A stretch of 64,000 nt of DNA from an uncultured Gemmatimonadaceae bacterium (GTDB taxonomy: Bacteria > Gemmatimonadota > Gemmatimonadetes > Gemmatimonadales > Gemmatimonadaceae): NCBI GenBank assembly GCA_963781585.1, contig CAWAGQ010000011.1, positions 224,001-288,000 of the forward strand, written 5' to 3'. Below the pieces are notes generated by a model. That model was given only the letters and a program-made list of their open reading frames with translations. It did not search any database and had not been told where the DNA came from. Both the position numbers and the translations under genes were made by a program. Positions 55,722 to 64,000 of the stretch are shown in pieces (position 1 is the first letter of the stretch; every line of letters starts with the position of its first letter).

Positions 55722-56551
55722 GAGCCATCTGGACGATGGCCGCGATCACGCTCCGCGAGGCGGCGCGGCGACGGATTCTGTGGACGGCGGTGATCGCGGG
55801 CGTGCTGCTGCTCGCGATTTTCGGGGTCGCGCTGCGGTTGCAGGTGATGGAGTTCGGCTCGCGGCCGATGTCCCCGTTCCTCCGGTACCAGGTCGAGAGC
55901 GGGATGTTGATGATCGGCCTCTACACCTGCGACCTGCTGGCGGTGGTGCTGACGATTCTGACGTCGATCGACACACTGGCGGGGGAGATCAGCTCGGCCA
56001 CGATCCACGCTATTGCCACGAAACCCGTCGCGCGCTGGCAGATCGTCGCCGGGAAGTTCCTCGGCTTCACCGGCATGGTCACGGCGTTTGTGGTGCTCAC
56101 GTTTGCGGGCACGGTCGCGGTGGCCTATGCGACGACCGGAGTGCTTCCGGAGCATCCGCTGCGGGGTCTGCTGCTGATCATCTTCGAGTGCGAGCTGATG
56201 CTGGCGGTGACGTTCGCGCTCGGGACCTGGTTTTCGACGCTGACGGCGGGGGTGCTGGCGCTGGGTATGCAGGGGGTGGCGTTCATGGGCGGGTGGCTGG
56301 AGCAGGTGAGCGGGTTCTCGCAGAGCGCGCACATCGTCACGTTAGGCGTGGTGTCGAGCCTGTTGATTCCGAGCGAGTCGCTGTGGCGGCGCGCGGCCTA
56401 CGTGATGCAGACGCCGCTGGCCGGCTCACTGTCGTTCTCGCCGTTCGCGAACGTGTCGATTCCGAGTGTCACGGCGGTGTGGTACGCCGGCCTCTATCTC
56501 TGTGTGGCGCTGGCGGTGGCGATCCGGCACTTCCAGGCGCGCGATCTGTAG
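55718..56551 (+). CDS. ABC-2 type permease
   Basis: Multiple TM helices; EISSATI..KPVARWQIVAGKF; GTGA overlap with the ATPase gene. Confidence 0.88.
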   Translation: MRAIWTMAAITLREAARRRILWTAVIAGVLLLAIFGVALRLQVMEFGSRPMSPFLRYQVESGMLMIGLYTCDLLAVVLTILTSIDTLAGEISSATIHAIATKPVARWQIVAGKFLGFTGMVTAFVVLTFAGTVAVAYATTGVLPEHPLRGLLLIIFECELMLAVTFALGTWFSTLTAGVLALGMQGVAFMGGWLEQVSGFSQSAHIVTLGVVSSLLIPSESLWRRAAYVMQTPLAGSLSFSPFANVSIPSVTAVWYAGLYLCVALAVAIRHFQARDL

Positions 56552-56659
56552 GCCCTCGCCGGCGCATTCGAGGCACATCTGTCTCACCACCAACCCGTCC
56601 TGGATGCGGTGGCACAGCCGCAGTGACGGTCGAGCGGCCGGCGCGAGTCGCGGCTGGCG

Positions 56660-57208
56660 CTATCGCAGATAAAGCTGCAGTCCCACCAGCGAGCGGAGCG
56701 ACACGCTATTGGTCGTCGATTTCGCCGTTGTGCCGAGTGTTTCGGCCTTCTGTGTGGCGTGGCGGTACTCGGCGCCCACCTCACCGAATGTCGCCAACCG
56801 GCGGCCAAGGAAGAACTGCAGACCGAAGCCCATCGAGGCGGCGAGCGAGTTGGAGCTCTCGATGGAAGAACCGGAATTCCAGGTGTACGAGACGCGGGGA
56901 ACGACGTACGGGTGCAGACTGTCGACACCGTTGCCGAAGAAGAGCGCACTCAGTCCGGCGACGACGCTCGAGGAATTGGTGGACGACGTCAGCTCGTTGG
57001 AGGAAGGTCCCGAGAGAGTCGAGCGCGTCGTGGAGTGTGAGTACGCCAGGTCAGGGCGGAGCGCGAAGTGCGCGCCCGTGTGCCACAGGACGGCGAGGCT
57101 GGGTGAGCTGCTCAGGGCAAGCGCGAGATGGCGGGGCGCCTGTGCTCCGAGCCGGATGCTACCGAGGACCATCACGACTGCGAGGATGACCGAACACCGG
57201 TTACGCAT
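56660..57208 (-). CDS. Small outer-membrane beta-barrel protein
   Basis: GGGAG RBS, signal peptide, alternating beta strands (HPYV, GFGLQFF, FGEVG), terminal aromatic-type strand LQLYLR. Confidence 0.65.
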   Translation of the reverse strand: MRNRCSVILAVVMVLGSIRLGAQAPRHLALALSSSPSLAVLWHTGAHFALRPDLAYSHSTTRSTLSGPSSNELTSSTNSSSVVAGLSALFFGNGVDSLHPYVVPRVSYTWNSGSSIESSNSLAASMGFGLQFFLGRRLATFGEVGAEYRHATQKAETLGTTAKSTTNSVSLRSLVGLQLYLR

Positions 57209-57377
57209 CGACGAACTCCCGGGAGTGTGATGACACAGCGTACCCCCGTCCGGCCAACCGTGGCAATCAGGGCTTCGCCGAGTAGACAGAGGGAAGGGGC
57301 GGGACGAGCATTGGGGGTGACGCGCGGAACCTCCCGGATTCGGGCGGGTTCCACACGAGCGATCCCCTGGAACGGCC

Positions 57378-58483
57378 ATGACCCCCCTTGGCTGTCTTTC
57401 GCTGGTCCGGACGCGCTGGTGGCGGTTTTTTGCTGCTGCGGCCGTCGCATCGTTCATCGCGTTAGGCGTCCAGGACGTTGCGGCCCAGGCACGCCCCGGT
57501 ACGATTTCGGGCATCGTGCGCGACTCGGCGGGCCGGCCGCTCGAAAACGCGGTGATCGGGCTCGACCCGAGCGGCAAGTCACGCGCAACGCGCGCCGATG
57601 CCCGCGGGCGCTTCCGGTTCGACAGGGTTTCCGCGGGAAAGCACGAGCTGCGCACCACCTGGCTGGGCTATCAGCCGGATGACCGGACCGTGGACGTGCC
57701 TGACGAAGGGCTGGACGTGACGATCGTCCTCACCGCGATCCCGTTCCCCCTCGACACGCTGGTTGTCGTGGCGAAGCGGACCGGCGCCTTCGGCACGGTG
57801 GTGGTGCACAACGACCTCCGGCCGCTCGGCGCGGTGCAAGTGGCGGTCGCAGGCACGCGATTCCGCAAGCAAACCGGATCGGACGGGCGCTTCTCGTTCC
57901 CCGACCTGAAGGAAGGCGGCTACCTGGTGGAGGCCCGGCGCGACGGGTTCAAGACGATGTTGCTGCCTTCGCGGTGCCGCGCGAGGACGCGGTCGAGGTG
58001 GTGCTGACGATGGACAGTGTCACGACGAAGGGCGACAAGCTGATGGAGAACCGTTTCCGCGACATGGAGACCCGATGGCACTGGCGGTCGGTGGCGAATT
58101 CCGCCCTGGTCCCACGGCAGGAACTCGCGCCTCAGCACGGCATGAGACTCGATCTCGCCCTGCGCTATGCCCCCTCGTTCGTCCACAAGACGCTGATCTT
58201 CAACGGCGAGGAGTGTGTGTGGGTGGACGGAAAGCCGTCCCCCGGGATGCGGGCGCGTGACTACGCGGCGGACGACGTCGCGTTCGTGGAGGTCTACGCC
58301 ACCGCCGGCGGCGGCGCGTCCCTCAAGGACCTGCAGGAATTCGAACTTCTGTCAGGACAGAGCAGCTGCGGTGCCTGGACGGGTACGAGCGAAATGGATA
58401 CCCCCGACGGTCCGCTGCACTATGTCTCGACGAGGCCGCGCCCCGGCACGGTGACGTTCGTCTACATCTGGCTCAAGCACTAG
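57378..58483 (+). CDS. Secreted carboxypeptidase-regulatory x2 plus plug-like protein; frameshift near 57970
   Basis: GIVRDSAGRPL, ADARGRFRF, ALVPRQEL, CVWVDG, VAFVEVY, VYIWLKH. Confidence 0.78.
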
Positions 58484-58513
58484 GCACCGCCGCGCGCCGC
58501 CGCCGAGCCGCGC

Positions 58514-59446
58514 TCACCGCACCGGCAGACTCCAGGCCATCGCCACCTGCCCGTGCCCCTGCGGCACCACCATGCCGTGGAGCATGATGCGATCGAGCAG
58601 GTTGTTCGGGTGGTCGTGCACGTACTGGATCACCTTGATCCCGCTGAACGTCCCGATCGCGGCGCCGAGTACCACGTCGCTTGCCCAGTGATCGTTGTGA
58701 TACATCCGCGAGATACCAACGACCGTGGCGCCGCCGTAGAGCGCGGGCCCGATGAGCCACTCCGACCACCACCTGCCGGGCCACGTGGCCCGTGATTCGG
58801 ATGTCACCGCCGCCGCAAGGGCGAACGCTGTGGACGTATGGCCGGACGGAAACGAGGTGCGCTCGGCGCTGCTGAATCCGCCACCCAGCTTGAAGTCATG
58901 CGCGTTGGTGTCAGCCGACACGAATGGACGGGATCGCCCCACGAGATCCTTCAGAACCGTGGTGATTCCGCCGGCGACCAGCAGCGCTTCGGTGCCGTGC
59001 CAGCCGACCTGCGCGGCACGCGTGTGGTGCCCGAGCCTGCCAATGAGATAGAGCCCGCCCTCGATGACGTAGCCGCCGGGCGACGCGAGCGCCTCCGACG
59101 GCTTCGAGACACCCTTCAGGAATTGATTGGCCTGCGTCACCTTGCTCTGCGATCCCAGCGCGACGTGCTTGTCGAGCTGAAAGAGACCCACCGTGGCCAC
59201 GCCGAACCCGGCTGCCAGCGCCGCGTCTTTCCAGCCGAACAGCGGCACCAGTTCGTTGGAATCGCTCTGCGCCTTCATCGCCGCGAGCACCTTGGTCACG
59301 GTGTCGGGGCGACCAACACGCACGGTGTCGGGTTGCTGCGCGTCGAGGGTGGCCGTGACCGGCGCCGGCAGGGCGACCAGGAGGGTCACCACCACGACAT
59401 AGCGCGCGATCGACGCGGGGAATTTGGATGGCGGAAGTCGCTGCAT
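58514..59446 (-). CDS. PAP2-family phosphatase
   Basis: K..GRSRP, SFPSGH, SRMYHNDHWASDV. Confidence 0.92.
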   Translation of the reverse strand: MQRLPPSKFPASIARYVVVVTLLVALPAPVTATLDAQQPDTVRVGRPDTVTKVLAAMKAQSDSNELVPLFGWKDAALAAGFGVATVGLFQLDKHVALGSQSKVTQANQFLKGVSKPSEALASPGGYVIEGGLYLIGRLGHHTRAAQVGWHGTEALLVAGGITTVLKDLVGRSRPFVSADTNAHDFKLGGGFSSAERTSFPSGHTSTAFALAAAVTSESRATWPGRWWSEWLIGPALYGGATVVGISRMYHNDHWASDVVLGAAIGTFSGIKVIQYVHDHPNNLLDRIMLHGMVVPQGHGQVAMAWSLPVR

Positions 59447-59754
59447 GTCACGTCCTGTTGGAAGAGGCGGCTCACGCGCCCCGGAGTGCGCGGCCGATTC
59501 GAAACCCTATACACACGAGAACAGCGGTGGGTCGGTCCGCGCTCCTTGACGACTCAGCCGTTTCGCTCCACTCATTGAGGAGAGCGCCAGCGACCCGGCG
59601 GATGCACGCGCCGATCGTGAGCGTTTCTCGCCGCCGATCAGGCCGTGCTTCATTTCGCAGGGGCGGCGGGCACCGCCACTGCCGAGGCCCCCATGCTCGC
59701 CGCCGGATGTACGGTGTCCCTCCGGCCTCCACACTCCTCGGAACGGGCGAGACC

Positions 59755-61014
59755 ATGAATCCCCGGCGAGCCGTCGTCGCAGCGAGCGCGTCGATCGTCG
59801 TGCTCGCCGCCTGCGCGCGCGAGAGCCGGAACACGGCACGGTCCGCCAGTGCCGCCGGGGTCGCTGGAACTGTGACCGACAGCACCGGCGTTGCGATCGT
59901 TTCCTTCGACAGCACGGCGTCAGGTGAGGCGCGCGTCCTGCGCGGGCCCGCGATCACGATCGGCGCCACACCGGAAAGCGAGCTGGCCTTTGTCAGCGGC
60001 GCCATCCGTCGTCGCGACGGCGCGATCGTGGTGGCGGATGGGCAACGGCTGCAGCTCCTGCTGTTCGACTCCGTCGGAACACTCCGCCGCGTTCTGGGGC
60101 GCGACGGTTCGGGTCCCGGCGAGTTTCGATCCATCATGTGGATGGGCCGCCTCGGCCGTGACTCGATTGCGGTATTCGACATGCGCCAACTGCGGATGTC
60201 GGTGTTCGCGGACACCGGCTTCGCGCGCTCGTATGCCGTGCGACGCAACGACCAGATTCTGGCAGCCGCGATGACCCCCGCGGGGTTTTTCCCCGGCGGC
60301 CGACCCGTCATCCACTCGGGCGGATCCTTCCTCCTCGCCGACCCGGGTCCCGCGCGGATCGAGCGCAACCAGTGGTCGGCGGCGGTCTACGATGCGGCCG
60401 GGAATCCCGGGGCCCTGATCGGTCGATTTCCCGGCAACGAGGTGGCCGTGTCGCCAATCACCTCGGGGCCCATTGCAGGACGGTTCTCCCGCTCAGGACT
60501 CCTGTTCGGACGGAGCGGTGCGCTCGCGGTGGCCGGCGACAGACTCGTCGCGCTCGACAATGGCGAATTCCGGATCGACGAATACGATGACACCGGCAGG
60601 CTGCGTCGCAGCATTCGTAGAGCGCAGACTCCCGAAGCCGTTACCGATGCTGACGTGGAGGCCCTCATCGAGGAGCGCGCGGCGACGATGGCGCGACCCG
60701 AGGCGCAGGCGCGCATGCGCGAAGCGTACAAGGGCGGCCCCCGCGCACAGACCTTCCCGATCCTGGAACCGACCCTGGTCGTCGACGCCGACGACCACAT
60801 CTGGGTTGGAGAATACCGGCGACCGGGAATGCGCGATCGACGCTGGTGGGTTTTCTCCCTGGACGGGGTCTTGTTGCGCGAGGTCATGGTGCCCGGGGCG
60901 CTTCAGGTCACCGATGCGGATTCGTCCCACCTGGTAGGAGTCTGGCGCGACCAGGACGGTGTGCAGACCGTGCGCGTATACGACCTCGTCCCGCGAGATT
61001 CCACAACGCGCTGA
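59755..61014 (+). CDS. 6-bladed beta-propeller lipoprotein
   Basis: VLAAC lipobox; DSTGVAIV, GRDGSGPGEF, DADDHIWV, RDQDGVQTVRVY. Confidence 0.8.
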   Translation: MNPRRAVVAASASIVVLAACARESRNTARSASAAGVAGTVTDSTGVAIVSFDSTASGEARVLRGPAITIGATPESELAFVSGAIRRRDGAIVVADGQRLQLLLFDSVGTLRRVLGRDGSGPGEFRSIMWMGRLGRDSIAVFDMRQLRMSVFADTGFARSYAVRRNDQILAAAMTPAGFFPGGRPVIHSGGSFLLADPGPARIERNQWSAAVYDAAGNPGALIGRFPGNEVAVSPITSGPIAGRFSRSGLLFGRSGALAVAGDRLVALDNGEFRIDEYDDTGRLRRSIRRAQTPEAVTDADVEALIEERAATMARPEAQARMREAYKGGPRAQTFPILEPTLVVDADDHIWVGEYRRPGMRDRRWWVFSLDGVLLREVMVPGALQVTDADSSHLVGVWRDQDGVQTVRVYDLVPRDSTTR

Positions 61015-61106
61015 TCGGCCGACCGCGTCCAGGGCGGTCCGCGCCTTGCCCGATGAGGGGACTGGCTGCAGACTCCGCAGGGGTTCTTCCGTGATCCGGA
61101 GTCGCC

Positions 61107-62219
61107 GTGCGCTCGCTATCCGTGGTCGTGTCCGCCGTACTCGGCGCAGCGAGTCTGCACACCTTGCCTGCGCAGGCTTGGCGCGTCGATCCCGCACCCC
61201 TGCTCGACATTGCTGGTACGAGCGCAGATGGGAACGTGGTACTGGAGCTGGCTGTGGGCGGCGCGCGCTTCTCGTCAGGCACATGGATCATCGCAGACGG
61301 CGGCGCGTCGCAACTGCGGCTGTTCGACGCCACAGGGCATCCGGTCGCTACCATCGGGCGCAAGGGAAAGGGGCCGAACGAATTCGCGTCGATCTCCTGG
61401 CTCGGCCGGTGCGCCCGGGATTCGGTGTTCGCGTGGGATTTCGCGCAACAACGGATGTCGGTGGTATCCGCCGGCGGGGAGATCGTGAGCCAGGCGCGAT
61501 TGCCGGCCGACCCGTCGATTGGCGTGCGGCCATTTACCCTGGCATGCTCGCGGAGCGGTGTCGTCGCCGTGCAGGGCTGGGGCAAGTCGTCCCAGCCAGA
61601 TGCGTCGGGTGTGCTGCGAAGCCCCGGTCCGATGGTGCTTCTGGACGCGGCTGGGCGGCTCAAGGCCCGAATCGGCGACATTCCCGGTGACGAGATGGCG
61701 ATGACTGGAATGGGGGTCGGCCCGCGGCCACTTGGCAGGACCACGAGATTCGCCTTGTCGGACGATCGGCTGTTTGTGGGCACCGGGGATTCGGCCAGCA
61801 TCGTGAGCTTCGACCTGACGGGGAAGCCACGCGACGTGATCTCGCTCGCCCTCGCGCCGAAACGCCCAACGCAGCAGAACCGGGAGCAGGCGGTCGCGTC
61901 GCTCGTCGCGTTCGCGCCCCGGGGAGGCGTGCGCGATGCGATGCGGCAGGCGCTCATGCAGATCGCGATGCCCCGGGAGCTGCCACCGTACACCGCGCTG
62001 TTCACCGACCCGTCGGGGAGGTTGTGGATCCAGACGTCGTTTCCCGGCGATGACCGGACGCGGCTCCAATCCGTGTCGACCACCGGGCGCGTGCAGGGCA
62101 GCCTCGAACTGCCGCGCGACATCATCGTGTTCGAGATCGGCACCGAGTATGTGCTGGGCAAGTACGCGGAGGCGGGCGGCGAGGAGCACGTCGTGGCCTA
62201 CGCGATTCACGGTCCCTAG
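61107..62219 (+). CDS. Secreted 6-bladed beta-propeller protein
   Basis: Signal peptide; GRKGKGPNEF; DPSGRLWI. Confidence 0.8.
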   Translation: MRSLSVVVSAVLGAASLHTLPAQAWRVDPAPLLDIAGTSADGNVVLELAVGGARFSSGTWIIADGGASQLRLFDATGHPVATIGRKGKGPNEFASISWLGRCARDSVFAWDFAQQRMSVVSAGGEIVSQARLPADPSIGVRPFTLACSRSGVVAVQGWGKSSQPDASGVLRSPGPMVLLDAAGRLKARIGDIPGDEMAMTGMGVGPRPLGRTTRFALSDDRLFVGTGDSASIVSFDLTGKPRDVISLALAPKRPTQQNREQAVASLVAFAPRGGVRDAMRQALMQIAMPRELPPYTALFTDPSGRLWIQTSFPGDDRTRLQSVSTTGRVQGSLELPRDIIVFEIGTEYVLGKYAEAGGEEHVVAYAIHGP

Positions 62220-62316
62220 TTCGCCGTACCAAGGCCCGAGCCCAAAGGGCCAGGACAAAGGCCAAACCCTGACGTGACTGCGGGTGTCCCATTTCGGCGC
62301 CACCACAATCCCCACC

Positions 62317-64000
62317 ATGAACACCGTGCCGCGCGATCGTTTGTCCCTGCCCTGGCTCGACCACGTCCGCCAGGACGTGCGCTACGCACTCCGTGGGCTC
62401 CGCCGATCGCCCGGTTTCACCGCGGCCGTCGTACTCACCCTCGGCCTGGGCATCGGTGCCAACGCGGCGATGTTCAACGTCATCGACCAGATGATGTTCC
62501 GGCCGTATCCGTACCTGCGTGATCCGGCCCGTGTGCACCGCGTCTACCTCCGCATGCCGGGGCAGAATCGCCAGAATCGCCAGGAGTCGTTCCCGTACAC
62601 GCGATACCTGGACCTTACGAAGTGGACGAATTCCTTCTCCCAGACCGCGGCGTTTTTCCCGGTCACCGTCGCGGTGGGCACCGGTGAGGCGGCGCACGAT
62701 CGTCCGATCGCCGCGGTGAGCGCGAGTTTCTTCGGGTTCTTCGACGCCCGACCGGTGGTCGGGCGATTTTTTGTAGCCGCCGAGGACACCGTGCCCGTCG
62801 GCGCGCGAGTGGCGGTCCTGAGCTACGCCTTCTGGAAGGCGCAGTTCGGCGGAGGCGATGTGATCGGCCGGCCGATCCAGGTGCACAACGTGTTGTGCAC
62901 GATCATCGGCGTTGCTCCCGAGGGATTCATCGGTGTGGCCGACGAGCAGGCCGGATCGGGCACGGGCTGGAGCCCCGATCTGAACCCGGGGCCGCCAGTG
63001 CTGTTCATGCCGATCACCACGTTCGGCGGCAACCAGGGCGGCGGCTCGTCGGTGGACTACTGGCTGCGCTACAACTGGGACTGGACCGAGATGATGGTGC
63101 GGCGCAGGCCGGGCGTCTCGATCGAGCAGGCGAGCGCCGACCTCACATTGGCGTACATCCGGAGCCGCGACGCGGCCCGTGCGATCCACTCGTGGATGCC
63201 GCGCACCGATCCGGTGCGCCCCCTTGCGCTGGCCGGCGCGCTGAAGACCGCGGCCGGGCCCTATCCCGGCCTGGAAGCGCGCACCCTGGTCTGGGTGACC
63301 GGAGTGGCGATCATCGTTCTGCTCATCGCGTGCGCGAACGTCGCGAACCTGATGCTCGCGCGCGCGCTGCGCCGGCGGAAGGAGGTCGCGCTGCGTCTCG
63401 CGCTCGGCGTCAGGCAGTCGCGGCTGGCGGGCCAGTTCCTCATCGAGGGACTGGCGCTCTCGCTCTGCGGGGGCGTGACGGGGCTCGCGATCGCGCAGTG
63501 GGGCGGGGCGGTGCTGCGCCGCCTGTTTCTGCCACCGGGAGGCGCGGCCGGGGTGGCCACCGACTGGCGAACGTTAGGCGTGGTGACGGCAGCGGTGGTG
63601 GTGGTGGGCGTGGTCACCGCGCTGGGGCCGATGCTGCTGACCGGCCGCGACGACCTCACGAGCGCGCTCAAGGCCGGGGTGCGTGAAGGCACCCATCAGC
63701 GCTCGGGACTACGTGGGGCGCTGGTGGTTTCGCAGGGCGCGCTGTCGGTCGCGCTGCTGGTGGGCGCGGGCCTGTTCGTTCGCAGTCTGGCGCACCTCGA
63801 GGACATGCGGCTGGGCTACGACGTGAATCCGGTGCTCCTGGTCAATTGGCAGCGCCGGGGCGAGCGGATGGACGCGAGCGATCTGGCCAATGTCCGGCGC
63901 CGGCTGCTCGATGCCGCGGGCACCATCCCGGGCGTTGAGCGCGCAGGATGGGCGAGCAACGTGCCCCTCCTGGGTTCATCGACGATGCCGCTGTTCGTGC
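62317..64000 (+). CDS. ADOP-family ABC permease, partial (runs off the window)
   Basis: Manual translation of an open frame: QDVRYALRGLRRSPGF..GIGANAAMF..IACANVANLMLAR..SQGALSVALLVGAGLFVRSL. Confidence 0.9.
   Translation, partial: MNTVPRDRLSLPWLDHVRQDVRYALRGLRRSPGFTAAVVLTLGLGIGANAAMFNVIDQMMFRPYPYLRDPARVHRVYLRMPGQNRQNRQESFPYTRYLDLTKWTNSFSQTAAFFPVTVAVGTGEAAHDRPIAAVSASFFGFFDARPVVGRFFVAAEDTVPVGARVAVLSYAFWKAQFGGGDVIGRPIQVHNVLCTIIGVAPEGFIGVADEQAGSGTGWSPDLNPGPPVLFMPITTFGGNQGGGSSVDYWLRYNWDWTEMMVRRRPGVSIEQASADLTLAYIRSRDAARAIHSWMPRTDPVRPLALAGALKTAAGPYPGLEARTLVWVTGVAIIVLLIACANVANLMLARALRRRKEVALRLALGVRQSRLAGQFLIEGLALSLCGGVTGLAIAQWGGAVLRRLFLPPGGAAGVATDWRTLGVVTAAVVVVGVVTALGPMLLTGRDDLTSALKAGVREGTHQRSGLRGALVVSQGALSVALLVGAGLFVRSLAHLEDMRLGYDVNPVLLVNWQRRGERMDASDLANVRRRLLDAAGTIPGVERAGWASNVPLLGSSTMPLFV

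Noticed and set aside
62228..62270. Short AAGGCC-type quasi-repeats
   Set aside because: Too short and degenerate to assign.

Overview
GC-rich bacterial accessory region downstream of a tRNA-Asn(GTT). The gene content resembles Gemmatimonadota/Acidobacteriota (inference). It is dominated by three paralog families: orphan ADOP/MacB-like duplicated ABC permeases (7 copies or fragments, 2 with PadR), secreted 6-bladed beta-propeller proteins (about 8), and carboxypeptidase-regulatory-like proteins ending in a TonB-plug-like domain without a barrel (about 7). These are interleaved with six toxin-antitoxin-like modules, M61 and M14 peptidases, an alpha-2-macroglobulin and a SMUG2-like glycosylase. 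An IS hotspot at 5.4-12.9 kb contains an IS21 remnant, IS5, IS3/IS407, an IS3 remnant and IS256; two of these split a secreted S1 serine protease. Three observations stand out. (1) There are two independent cases of intact gene, cargo, then a slightly diverged copy of that gene's 3' end stopping exactly at the stop codon (M61, 9.6 kb; M14, 3.0 kb), with no integrase in view. (2) The octamer CGTTAGGC/GCCTAACG occurs 16 times, in both orientations, often forcing rare TTA codons, and also about 50 nt inside IS ends. (3) There are many gene scraps and chimeras. Together these suggest recombination- or transformation-driven mosaic assembly (hypothesis). Scattered single-base frameshifts look like long-read indel errors.
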